Origin: an uncultured Acidobacteriota bacterium
GTDB lineage: Bacteria > Acidobacteriota > Thermoanaerobaculia > Multivoradales > UBA5704
NCBI GenBank assembly: GCA_963770895.1
Contig: CAVYRF010000002.1
Span: 4,416,001-4,480,000, forward strand
Direction: 5' to 3'
DNA length: 64,000 nucleotides
Positions within the stretch are counted from its first letter, which is position 1, and every line of letters starts with the position of its first letter. Of this stretch, positions 9,415-18,105 are shown piece after piece. The translations under genes and the position numbers were made by a program. The notes under the pieces were generated by a model. That model ran no database searches. It was not told the DNA's origin and saw only the letters and a program-made list of their open reading frames with translations.

Positions 9415-10074
9415 CTACGACGGCGGCGCCGCCGCCGCGGGGCCGGCAAAGGTGCGCACGAAGGCGGCGACGCTGCGCAGGTCGCCGTCGGTGAGCATCG
9501 GCCCGTACCCGACCATCCCGGCGGACAGGCCGCCCGCGGGCCCGCCGTCGCGGATGATGTGGTACAGGTCCCAATCGGAGCGGGCGTGCATCACCGCGGC
9601 GTTGGTGAAGTTGGTCGGCTTGGGGTCCAGGGCGCCCGCGGCTTCGCCGCGACCGTCGCCCCGATCGCCGTGGCAGGTGGCGCAGTTGGCGGCATAGACC
9701 TGGCGGCCGCGCACCGCGTCACCGCCCAGGCGGAACCCGGCAGGCGCCGCCGCGGCGCCGGCGCCGCCCCCGGCGCTCCCCGCGGTGCCTGCGGACGGGC
9801 CGGCGGTGCCGGGATTGGCGGCGACGCCCGTTGGAGGCTGGCCGGCGGCGGCCTGCGCCGCGGCGTCTCCAGGTTGGGCCGGAGCGCCGGCGCTGTTGCC
9901 CGCGGGCGGCGTGGGCGCGGCAGCTGCCGCGCCGGCATCGCCGCCGGGCGCGTCGTGGTGCGAGCAGGCGCTGCCGGCCCAGGCGCAAAGCCCGACCAGG
10001 GCAAGGGCGCGCGCCGTGCGCCAGGCGAGGCCGTGACGATGCAGCAGGGAAGAGTCTTTGGGCTGAGGGTGCAT
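9415..10074 (-). CDS. c-type cytochrome (monoheme, possible lipoprotein) with Ala/Gly/Pro linker
   Basis: CATCHGDRGDGRG heme motif, PKPTNFT, distal Met in SAGMVGY; signal peptide ending GSAC; GGAG RBS. Confidence 0.85.
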   Translation of the reverse strand: MHPQPKDSSLLHRHGLAWRTARALALVGLCAWAGSACSHHDAPGGDAGAAAAAPTPPAGNSAGAPAQPGDAAAQAAAGQPPTGVAANPGTAGPSAGTAGSAGGGAGAAAAPAGFRLGGDAVRGRQVYAANCATCHGDRGDGRGEAAGALDPKPTNFTNAAVMHARSDWDLYHIIRDGGPAGGLSAGMVGYGPMLTDGDLRSVAAFVRTFAGPAAAAPPS

Positions 10075-10133
10075 CGGCTGGTCTCCTCCAGGTCGCCGCG
10101 GATGGTACCATCGAGCCGGGCGGCCTGTTGACG

Positions 10134-10793
10134 ATGCGCGCAGTCGATGCAGCGGTGGTGTACACGCCGGCGGAAGAGCTGATTCACAGCCTTCTGCACG
10201 GCGCCGGAATCGTGCTGAGCATCGCCGGCCTGGCGGTGCTGGTTACCTTCGCCAGCCGGCGCGGCGACGCCTGGGCGGTCGTGGCGTGCAGCATCTACGG
10301 TGCGACGCTCATCCTGCTGTACGTCGCTTCGACCCTGTACCACAGCATCCCCATCCCCGGCGCCAAGCGCGTCCTGCGTCTGCTCGACCACGCCGCCATC
10401 TACCTGCTGATCGCCGGCACCTACACGCCGCTGTCGCTGATCAGCCTGCGCGGACCCTGGGGCTACACGCTGCTCGTCCTGATCTGGTCGCTGGCGCTGC
10501 TCGGCGTGCTTGCCGAGGTGGTGCCGCGCCCGTTTCCCCGCCGCCTGCTGCTGGCCCTCTACCTGGGAATGGGTTGGCTGGCGATCGTCGCCATGCGGCC
10601 GCTGACGCAAAACGTCGCGCCGGGCGGCATCCTGCTGTTGTTGCTGGGCGGCGTGGCCTACACCCTGGGCGTGGCGTTTTACGCCTGGAAGGGGCGCCGT
10701 TACAACCACGTCGTCTGGCACGGCTTCGTCCTGGCAGGCAGCGGCCTGCACTTCTTCGCCATCCTGCTCTACGTCATCCCGCACCGGCCCTGA
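10134..10793 (+). CDS. Hemolysin III / PAQR family membrane protein
   Basis: EELIHSLLHG, STLYH, LDHAAIYLLIAGTYTP, HVVWHGFV motifs. Confidence 0.92.
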   Translation: MRAVDAAVVYTPAEELIHSLLHGAGIVLSIAGLAVLVTFASRRGDAWAVVACSIYGATLILLYVASTLYHSIPIPGAKRVLRLLDHAAIYLLIAGTYTPLSLISLRGPWGYTLLVLIWSLALLGVLAEVVPRPFPRRLLLALYLGMGWLAIVAMRPLTQNVAPGGILLLLLGGVAYTLGVAFYAWKGRRYNHVVWHGFVLAGSGLHFFAILLYVIPHRP

Positions 10794-10945
10794 GCGGCCC
10801 GCCTGCGGCCGGTGGCGCGGGCAGGGCGGCCGGCGGGAGGGCAGCCTCGGTCTGCGCGCGGCCGCGAAACAATGGCGCCGCTCCGGCCGTACTTCAGACG
10901 CCGGCTGCCGATGATGGCGGCTCGTTCCCCTGGGAGATCTCTGCG

Positions 10946-12808
10946 ATGCGCATGCCGCGCGCTTTCGTGCTTTGGGCTTGTGTGCTCAGCAATGCCGCCG
11001 TCCTTGTCGCCGCCGGCGCTGCCGCCGCTGCCGCCGGCCAGCCTCCAATGGGCGCGGCCGCGCCCCCGGCCGCAAGCGCCGCGCCGGCCGGTGGCGATCT
11101 TGCGTCGCGCCGCCAGGCGTTGCAGGCGCTGATCGACGAGCAGTGGGAGTACACCTTGCGGACCGCGCCCGAGCAGGCATCGTTTCTGGGCGACAAACGC
11201 TACAACGACCGCCTGAGCGACCTGTCGCTCGAGGCGGTCGAAAAAGACCTTGCCGCGACGCGCGATTTTCTGGCGCGCTTTACCGCCATCGACACCACCG
11301 GTTTTCCCGAGCAGGAGGCGCTCAACCAGCAGCTGATGGTGCGCAACCTGCGCGAAGCGCTGGAATCGGCGCGTTTCAAGCAGTGGGAGATGCCGGTCAG
11401 CCAGCTGGGCGGCGTCCACCTGGATGCGCCGCAGCTGGTCACCCAGCTGACGTTTGAGAACGTCAAGGACTACGACGACCTGATCGCGCGCTACCACCTG
11501 CTGCCCAGGATGTTCGACCAGGTCACCGCCCTGATGCGCCAGGGGATGGCGGACAACCTGATGCCGCCGCGCTTCCTGATGGGCAAGATCGTCAAGCAGA
11601 TCGACACCGTCGCCTCGGAGAAGCCCGAGGATTCGGAGTTCGCGCAGCCGCTCAAGAGCTTCCCGGCGACCGTGCCGGCAGCCGAGCAGCAGCGCATTCG
11701 CACCGCGATGGTGGCCGCCATCCGCGACGAGGTGCTGCCCGCCTACCGGCGCTTCGGCGCCTTCGTCAAGGACGAATACGCGCCCAAGGGCCGCACCGAG
11801 CCCGGCATGTGGTCGCTGCCCGACGGCGAGGCGCGCTACGCCTTTGCCGTCAAGTCGCTGACCACGACCGACGTGCCGCCGGAGCAGATCCACCAGCTGG
11901 GCCTGGCGCAGGTTGCCGAGATCGAGAAGCAGATGCTGGCCATCGCCAACCGCCTGGGCTACCACGATCTGAAGAGCTTCAACGCCAAGGTGCAGAACGA
12001 TCCCAAGCTGCGCGCCACGTCGCGCGAGCAGATCCTGCAGATCTACCGCGGCCATATCGACGACATGTACGCCAAGCTGCCGACGCTGTTCGGCCGCCTG
12101 CCCAAGGCCAAGGTCGAAGTGGTGGCGGTCGAAACCTATCGCGAAAAGGATGCCTCGGCGGCGCAGTACGTGCCGGGCGCCCCCGATGGCTCGCGCCCCG
12201 GCCGCGTCACGGTCAACACCGGCGACGCCACCTCGCGCAAGACGATCACCATGGAGTCGACCGCCTACCACGAGGGCGTCCCCGGCCATCACATGCAGCT
12301 GTCGATCGCCCTCGAAATGCCGTCGCTGCCCCCGTTCCGGCAGAACGCCAGCTACGACGCCTACGTCGAGGGCTGGGCGCTGTACTCCGAACGCCTGGGC
12401 AAGGAGGTCGGCTTCTACGGCGATCCCTATAACGACTACGGCCGGCTGGAAGACGAAATGCTGCGCGCCATCCGGCTGGTGGTGGACACCGGCCTGCACT
12501 ACAAGCATTGGACCCGCGAGCAGGTGGTGCAGTACTTCCACGACCATTCGGCGGCCGACGAGGTGGAGCTGCAGAGCGAAACCGATCGCTACATCGTGAT
12601 GCCCGGCCAGGCGCTTTCCTACAAGATGGGGCAGCTCAAGATCCTGGAGCTGCGCGAACGGGCGCGCCAGAAGCTCGGCGCCCGGTTCGACATCCGCGGC
12701 TTTCACGACGAGGTGCTGAGCGGCGGCGCCCTGCCGCTCGACGTGCTGGAGACGCGCATCGATCGCTGGATCGCCGCCCAGCAGGCGGGCGCCGCCCCGG
12801 CCAGCTGA
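10946..12808 (+). CDS. DUF885 family secreted protein (putative metallopeptidase)
   Basis: Signal peptide; HEGVPGHHMQ, EGWALYSE, RAIRLVVDTGLH, PGQALSYKMG, FHDEVL motifs. Confidence 0.9.
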   Translation: MRMPRAFVLWACVLSNAAVLVAAGAAAAAAGQPPMGAAAPPAASAAPAGGDLASRRQALQALIDEQWEYTLRTAPEQASFLGDKRYNDRLSDLSLEAVEKDLAATRDFLARFTAIDTTGFPEQEALNQQLMVRNLREALESARFKQWEMPVSQLGGVHLDAPQLVTQLTFENVKDYDDLIARYHLLPRMFDQVTALMRQGMADNLMPPRFLMGKIVKQIDTVASEKPEDSEFAQPLKSFPATVPAAEQQRIRTAMVAAIRDEVLPAYRRFGAFVKDEYAPKGRTEPGMWSLPDGEARYAFAVKSLTTTDVPPEQIHQLGLAQVAEIEKQMLAIANRLGYHDLKSFNAKVQNDPKLRATSREQILQIYRGHIDDMYAKLPTLFGRLPKAKVEVVAVETYREKDASAAQYVPGAPDGSRPGRVTVNTGDATSRKTITMESTAYHEGVPGHHMQLSIALEMPSLPPFRQNASYDAYVEGWALYSERLGKEVGFYGDPYNDYGRLEDEMLRAIRLVVDTGLHYKHWTREQVVQYFHDHSAADEVELQSETDRYIVMPGQALSYKMGQLKILELRERARQKLGARFDIRGFHDEVLSGGALPLDVLETRIDRWIAAQQAGAAPAS

Positions 12809-12889
12809 GGGTGACCCCCGGCCCCACCTCCCGCCATGACCGGTGGCCGGCGGCGGGAGGTGGGCCGCAGGTAACGGGCGAGCGGCCCT

Positions 12890-14497
12890 ATGGTAAGCTC
12901 GCCCGCCGTGCAACCAGCCGAGCGTCCAGCGGGCGCCGTTCCCTATCCGACCGCGTTTTTCGGCCATCCTCGCGGCTTGGCGACGCTGTTCTTCGTCGAG
13001 TTCTGGGAGCGTTTCAGCTACTACGGGATGCGGAGCCTCCTCATCCTGTTCATGACCGCCGATGCCATCAAGGGCGGTCTGGGCTTCGACACGCTGCGGG
13101 CCGGCGCCATCTACGGCCTGTACACCGGTTCGGTCTACCTGATGTCGCTGCCCGGCGGGTGGGTGGCCGACCGCCTGCTGGGACAGCGCCGCTCGGTGTT
13201 TCTGGGTGGCTGCATCATCGCCGCCGGCCATTTCACCCTCGCCCTCAAGAGCCTGCCGACGTTCTACCTGGGCCTGACGCTCATCGTCATCGGCACCGGG
13301 TTGCTCAAGCCCAACGTCAGCACCATGGTGGGCGAGCTCTACCCCGACGACAGCGCGCGCCGCGATGCCGGCTTCTCGATCTTCTACATGGGGATCAACC
13401 TGGGCGCGACGGTGGCGCCGCTGGTCTGCGGCTGGGTGGGCGAGGCCTATAACTGGCACGTGGGGTTTGCGCTGGCCGGCCTGGGAATGCTGGTCGGCGT
13501 CGTGCAGTACGCCAGGGGCGGCAAGTACCTGGGCAGCGCGGGCCTGCTCCCCAATGCCGAGGACTTCGACGCTGGCACGGTCGCCGCCATCGCCGGCGGC
13601 GGTGCCGCCGCCGGCGGTGGCGGTGTCCGCGCCGCCGCGTCCCGCCGGCGCGCCCTGGTGGTGCTGGCCGTGGGGTGCGGCGTGGGCCTGCTGCTGGTGG
13701 TGCTCACCGTGATGGGTGTGGTGCCGATCTCCGCCCAGGCCGTGGCCAGCGCGATGATCTACCTCATCATCGGCATCGCCATCGTCTACTTCCTGTTCCA
13801 GCTCCTGGCCGGCGGCTTGACCGGCAGCGAGATCAAGCGGACGCTGGCGATCTTCGTGCTGTTCGTTTTTTCGGTGCTGTTCTGGTGCGGATTCGAGCAG
13901 GCCGGCTCGTCGCTCAACCTGTTTGCCGAGCGGCTGACCGATCGCAACGTGTTCGGCTGGCTGATGCCGGCCAGCATCCTGCAGGCGGTCAACCCGGCGT
14001 TCGTCATATTGTTCGCGCCGGTGCTCGCCTGGCTCTGGGTGACGATGGGGCGGCGCAACCCGTCGAGCCCCACCAAGTTCGCCTTCGGGCTGATCTTCAT
14101 GGCGCTCGGCATGTTGACCATGATGCTGGCGGCGCTGGCGAGCGTCGGCCACGCGGTGGCGACGGGAACGGTGGCGGCGACGGCCAGGCAGGTGAGCCCC
14201 TGGTGGCTGGTGATCACCTACCTGTGCCACAGCCTGGGCGAGCTGTGCCTGTCGCCGGTCGGGCTGTCCACCGTCACCAAGCTGGCGCCGCACCGCAAGG
14301 TGAGCCAGATGATGGGCATCTGGTTCATGTCCCTGTCGCTGGGCAACCTGATCGCGGGCCAGATCGCCGGCCGCTTCGAGACCCTGCCGCTGTACCAGAT
14401 CTTCAGCGGCGTCACGCTGGTCACCGGCGCCGCCGGCCTGCTGCTGCTGCTGCTCGCCCGCCCCATGCGCAACCTGCTCATGGGCGGCGTCGAGTAA
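12890..14497 (+). CDS. POT/PTR family proton-dependent oligopeptide transporter
   Basis: GHPRGL, EFWERFSYYGMR, FSIFYMGINLG, EQAGSSL, ELCLSPVGLS motifs. Confidence 0.95.
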   Translation: MVSSPAVQPAERPAGAVPYPTAFFGHPRGLATLFFVEFWERFSYYGMRSLLILFMTADAIKGGLGFDTLRAGAIYGLYTGSVYLMSLPGGWVADRLLGQRRSVFLGGCIIAAGHFTLALKSLPTFYLGLTLIVIGTGLLKPNVSTMVGELYPDDSARRDAGFSIFYMGINLGATVAPLVCGWVGEAYNWHVGFALAGLGMLVGVVQYARGGKYLGSAGLLPNAEDFDAGTVAAIAGGGAAAGGGGVRAAASRRRALVVLAVGCGVGLLLVVLTVMGVVPISAQAVASAMIYLIIGIAIVYFLFQLLAGGLTGSEIKRTLAIFVLFVFSVLFWCGFEQAGSSLNLFAERLTDRNVFGWLMPASILQAVNPAFVILFAPVLAWLWVTMGRRNPSSPTKFAFGLIFMALGMLTMMLAALASVGHAVATGTVAATARQVSPWWLVITYLCHSLGELCLSPVGLSTVTKLAPHRKVSQMMGIWFMSLSLGNLIAGQIAGRFETLPLYQIFSGVTLVTGAAGLLLLLLARPMRNLLMGGVE

Positions 14498-14578
14498 CCC
14501 CGCCAGCCGATCCCCTCCCCGCGCCGTGCGGCGGCGGGCGCCGCCGACGCCGGGTCAGCATGGCCAGGCCACTGCCGG

Positions 14579-15304
14579 TCAGGAGCCCAGGATTTCCGCG
14601 GCGGCGCGGCGCAGGACGTCGGCGATGCGCCGGGACTCCTCCTCCGAGACGTGCCGCTTTTCGTGCAGCGCCCGCTTCAGCTCGCGGCGGGCGAGCCACA
14701 TCTGGGTCGGTTCGGCATCCCGGTCGTCGCGCCCCGGCAGATCGTCGGCCAGGTCTTCGCCGAAGGAGCGGCGGAACTGGTCCATGCGCTGGCTGATGTG
14801 CTGGAGCTGGGTGAACAGCGTGTCGACGACCTGCCGGTTGGCGTCGACCTGCTGGCGCCCCTGGTCGGTGATGCTGTACAGCTTCTTGGCGCCGTCCGCC
14901 TGGACGGTGGCGTGGCCGACCTCCTCAAGATAGGTGAGGGCCGGGTAGATCATGCCGGGGCTGGGGCTGTAGAAGCCGCCCGACCGCTCCTCAAGGGCCT
15001 TGATCAGCTCGTAGCCGTGGCTGGGCTTTTCGGCCAGCAGCGCCAGCAGCAGGAGCTGCAGGTCGCCCGAGGACAGCTTGCGGCCGCTGCGCATGCCCGG
15101 ACCTTCGAAGCCGGCGCCGCCCATGAAACCGCCGCCAAAGTGGCCGCGGCCGTGGCCGCGCTCGCCGTCGTGGCCGCGTCCGCCGCGGTGCCGCATCATG
15201 GCGAAGAAATGCTCGGCAAGAGGGTGATGGTCGTGACGTTGATGGTGGCGGTGCCGGGAGGAGAACTCGGAGAAGGGATGGGTGTGTTCGTCTTGGTGTC
15301 TCAT
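14579..15304 (-). CDS. PadR-family transcriptional regulator with His-rich N-terminus (YqjI-like)
   Basis: GDLQLLLLALLAEKPSHGYELIKALEERSGGFYSPSPGMIYPAL; N-terminus HRHHQRHDHH. Confidence 0.9.
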   Translation of the reverse strand: MRHQDEHTHPFSEFSSRHRHHQRHDHHPLAEHFFAMMRHRGGRGHDGERGHGRGHFGGGFMGGAGFEGPGMRSGRKLSSGDLQLLLLALLAEKPSHGYELIKALEERSGGFYSPSPGMIYPALTYLEEVGHATVQADGAKKLYSITDQGRQQVDANRQVVDTLFTQLQHISQRMDQFRRSFGEDLADDLPGRDDRDAEPTQMWLARRELKRALHEKRHVSEEESRRIADVLRRAAAEILGS

Positions 15305-15305
15305 A

Positions 15306-15340
15306 TGACATATCGTAAGACGTATCGTACGATATGTCAA
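15306..15340 (-). promoter_or_regulatory. Sigma70 promoter with overlapping 12-bp inverted-repeat operator upstream of the PadR gene
   Basis: TTGACA (15340-15335)-N17-TACGAT (15317-15312)-7 nt-ATG; perfect inverted repeat TGACATATCGTA-N10-TACGATATGTCA. Confidence 0.75.
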
Positions 15341-15365
15341 GCGGACTGAGCCGAGAGGCTTGACA

Positions 15366-15391
15366 CCCCGGGCGGAAGCTCCTGCCCGGGG
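15366..15391 (-). terminator. GC-rich hairpin downstream of the small peptide gene
   Basis: CCCCGGGC-N10-GCCCGGGG; no clear U-tract. Confidence 0.35.
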
Positions 15392-15426
15392 ATGGTGACG
15401 CCAGGCCTGCGAGGTGGCAGGGGATT

Positions 15427-15576
15427 TCAGCAGTCCGGGCAGGTCGGTGCGCACAGGCTCACCGAGCAACCTGGGTAGGTGCGGATGCCGCCGGCGACTT
15501 CCGGGAGGACGGCTTCCTTGAGCGCGCGCAAGGTCTCACGATGGAGCCGCAGCTTGAGCGTCGTCGTCTTCTTCAT
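15427..15576 (-). CDS. 49-aa putative RiPP precursor (lanthipeptide-type leader, double-Gly site, Cys-rich core)
   Basis: MKKTTTLKLRLHRETLRALKEAVLPEVAGG|IRTYPGCSVSLCAPTCPDC; GGAG upstream of ATG 15576; hidden as the tail of ORF 15427..16227. Confidence 0.75.
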   Translation of the reverse strand: MKKTTTLKLRLHRETLRALKEAVLPEVAGGIRTYPGCSVSLCAPTCPDC

Positions 15577-15665
15577 GGCGGAGATCTCCACAAATGGCAA
15601 CCGGCCAGGAGTGGCCGGCGCCGTTTCAAAAGGAGTCGCTGTGGGGTTGTGATCGGAGGCGCCGC

Positions 15666-16175
15666 TTAGAGCGCCTTGAGCACCTGGTCCTGGCCGGTGC
15701 TGTCGAGCTTGCCGACCCACACGGACAGGACCTTGCCCTGCCGGTCGACCAGCATCAGGGTTGGCGTGCCGGACACCTTGGTCTTGGCGAAGTCGATCTG
15801 CACCATGCCGTCCACCTTGACCCCCGCGGCGGTCAGGTGGGTCTGCTCGGGCGCCTGGGCGTCCGGGGAGGCGACGGCCACCAGGACTTTGACCGGCGAT
15901 CCGGTGGTGTCCCGATGCGCGACCACCTGCTTGTAGAAGTCCATGCTCTCGTTGCAGAAATGACAGTTGGGCGCAATGGCCAGGAACAGGGCCTTCTCGG
16001 CGCCTGCGGGCATGGCGCCGCGCAGGGTATCGCTGTGTTCGCCGGCGGCGATCCCGCCCGGGAACCCCACCGGTGGCGGCGGGAAAAACTCGCGGCGCAC
16101 CAACACCACCGATGCGATGACACACGTGACCAGGATCGCGACGTTGACCGCAACATCCAGCTTCGATCGGCTCAT
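15666..16175 (-). CDS. Membrane-anchored thioredoxin-fold protein (CHFC)
   Basis: N-terminal TM, CHFC active site, cis-Pro motif GTPTLMLVDRQGKV..WVG; GGAGG RBS before ATG 16175. Confidence 0.8.
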   Translation of the reverse strand: MSRSKLDVAVNVAILVTCVIASVVLVRREFFPPPPVGFPGGIAAGEHSDTLRGAMPAGAEKALFLAIAPNCHFCNESMDFYKQVVAHRDTTGSPVKVLVAVASPDAQAPEQTHLTAAGVKVDGMVQIDFAKTKVSGTPTLMLVDRQGKVLSVWVGKLDSTGQDQVLKAL

Positions 16176-16320
16176 CTGTAGAGGCCTCCTGACGCGGAGG
16201 TGTCTTAACCACGCGAAAAGTTGACAAACACCTGCCGCAAGTTCAAAAACCGGCCCTCCGCACCGCCGCATGCAGGGACGGCTGGCCGGAGCTTTCCCAT
16301 TCCGGCAGCTATCCAGGCCA

Positions 16321-17877
16321 TTATCCGGCGGCGCCGTGGACGCCATTGCCGTCGGCTGGCTGGACCAGGGCGGCCAGGGCGAGCACTTCGCGGACGGCGG
16401 TCTGACGGCGGTTGCGCAGCTCCTCGGTGATGGCGCGCCGCGAGCGCAGCAGCAGGTAGGCGCGGGCTTCCCGCCACAGGCGGGCGCGGCGGTCGTCGAA
16501 GTGCAGCGCGATCCAGCCGGTGAGCGGGCCGGCGGCAAAGACCGCCAGGGCCGCCGCGGCGCGGGCGCCCAGGGGCGGGCCGGCCCACCAGCCGGCGAGC
16601 CCGGCGGCGAGCAGCCAGGCCAGCGGGTAGAGCACCATGCCGCCGAAGACCTTGAAGGAGGCCGGCATGTCCGGCTCGCGGGCGGCGCGGGCGGCGATGG
16701 CGCCCACCGCCCGGTAGGGCAGCCAGTTGAGCGCGATGCCCAAAAGAGCCAGCGGCAGGACCACCGTCAGGCGCAGCAGGGTCAGGCCCAGCCAGCGCGC
16801 GACCGGCGCCGGCGGATAGGTCGCCGCCACCTGGTCGTCGCGCAGACCCAGGGCGTTGAGCAGCCGCAGGTAGCGATCCACCGCCTCGCCGGCCTGGGCC
16901 GTGCGTTGCGGCTCGCGCCGCGACAGCTCGCCGTACCCTTCGATGAAGGCGCGCTGAAAGGGGAAGCGTGCGGCCAGCGGCGATTCTCCCGGCAGGCCGC
17001 CGTCGCCCTGGCTGTCGCTGGCGAACAGGTCCGCCGCGCGGGCGATGCGGCGCGCCTCCTCCCACGATGGGTAGTTGAGGGTCACCGCCTGCAGGCCGTG
17101 ATCGATCCTGGCGGTCAGCGCGTGCACCGCCGCCGGCGCCGCCGCCAGGGCCGCGTCGCCCTGGGCATTGGCGCCTGGCGCCGCCTGCCGGTCGAGCGCG
17201 ATCTCGGGCGCCGGATCGATCGGCTCGCCGACTTCGACCAGGGCGCGGGAGCGAAACGTCCCCTTGGCTTCGAACGTCAGGCCGATCGGCACGATGCGCG
17301 GCTCGATCCCCGGAAACCGTCGCACCGCTTCCAGCACGATGCGGGCGGCGCCGGTCTTGAGCGGCGCCAGCGCCGGCTGGCTGTGGCTGGTGCCCTCGGG
17401 GAAGAGCGCGACCACGCCGCCGGCAGCCAGCTCCTGGTGACAGCGGGCAAACGCGGCGGCGTTCTGTGCCGGATCGGCGGCGGCGCCCACGTCCTTGGGG
17501 CGATAGATCGGGATCACCCCGCCCAGCTCCAGCCAGGGACGCAGCGCCGGGTTGCGCCACAGCAGGTGCGTCGCCAGGAAGCGCGGCAACCGCCGGGGGA
17601 CGGGTCCAGCCGCCTCGACCCCAGCTGCCGGCGCCGGCGCGGCCAGCGCCGCGACCACCAGCAGCGGGTCGATCATGCCGTTCTGATGGTTGGCGACGAT
17701 CACCAGCGGTCCGCTCGCCGGCAGCCGTGACGCGCCGGCCACCTCCACCGTGCGGAAGAACACCCGCACCACCAGCCGGGCAAGCCTCGCCGCCCACCTG
17801 TCCAACCGCCGCCGCCGCGCCGCCGCGCCAGCCGATGCCGGCGCGGCCGTCGCGCCCCGTTCCTGGGAACCCACCAT
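16321..17877 (-). CDS. Phospholipid/glycerol acyltransferase (PlsC-like domain plus C-terminal TM region)
   Basis: NHQNGMID (HX4D), FPEGTSH, LKTGAARI, IVPIGL motifs. Confidence 0.88.
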   Translation of the reverse strand: MVGSQERGATAAPASAGAAARRRRLDRWAARLARLVVRVFFRTVEVAGASRLPASGPLVIVANHQNGMIDPLLVVAALAAPAPAAGVEAAGPVPRRLPRFLATHLLWRNPALRPWLELGGVIPIYRPKDVGAAADPAQNAAAFARCHQELAAGGVVALFPEGTSHSQPALAPLKTGAARIVLEAVRRFPGIEPRIVPIGLTFEAKGTFRSRALVEVGEPIDPAPEIALDRQAAPGANAQGDAALAAAPAAVHALTARIDHGLQAVTLNYPSWEEARRIARAADLFASDSQGDGGLPGESPLAARFPFQRAFIEGYGELSRREPQRTAQAGEAVDRYLRLLNALGLRDDQVAATYPPAPVARWLGLTLLRLTVVLPLALLGIALNWLPYRAVGAIAARAAREPDMPASFKVFGGMVLYPLAWLLAAGLAGWWAGPPLGARAAAALAVFAAGPLTGWIALHFDDRRARLWREARAYLLLRSRRAITEELRNRRQTAVREVLALAALVQPADGNGVHGAAG

Positions 17878-17886
17878 GCGATCATT

Positions 17887-18103
17887 CTAGTGGTCCGTCC
17901 TGGAGAATCGGAAAGCGGATGGCGTGGCGCGCCGCCTCACCTCGCTCGCGAAGGCTCACCAGCTCGCCGGCGTCGCCAATCCCTGCCAGCGCGCCGAGCT
18001 GCGCGAGCTGCTGGCACGCCGCTGCCTCCCGCGAAGAGTTGCGGGCCAGGCGACAGCCTCGGCCATCTCCTCGACGTCGTCGCCGCCATGCCTGCGCCGG
18101 TGG
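17887..18103. repeat. Degenerate/truncated relative of the 3101-3266 MITE-like element
   Basis: Begins CTAGTGGTCCG; internal CTCCTCGAC-N12-ATGCCTGCG (18067-18096) matches CTCCTCGAC-N13-ATGCCTGCG (3166-3196); no right end seen. Confidence 0.4.
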
Positions 18104-18105
18104 GA

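Noticed and set aside
10769-14293. 1174-aa minus-strand ORF and similar long antisense ORFs (3186..5462, 32750..35545, 40736..44110, 53653..56178)
   Set aside because: They mirror well-supported genes on the other strand, as expected from stop-poor high-GC codon usage, and have no motifs
15427-16227. 266-aa minus-strand ORF as one gene
   Set aside because: Its 5' part overlaps the thioredoxin gene out of frame; only the last 49 codons have an RBS and a coherent sequence
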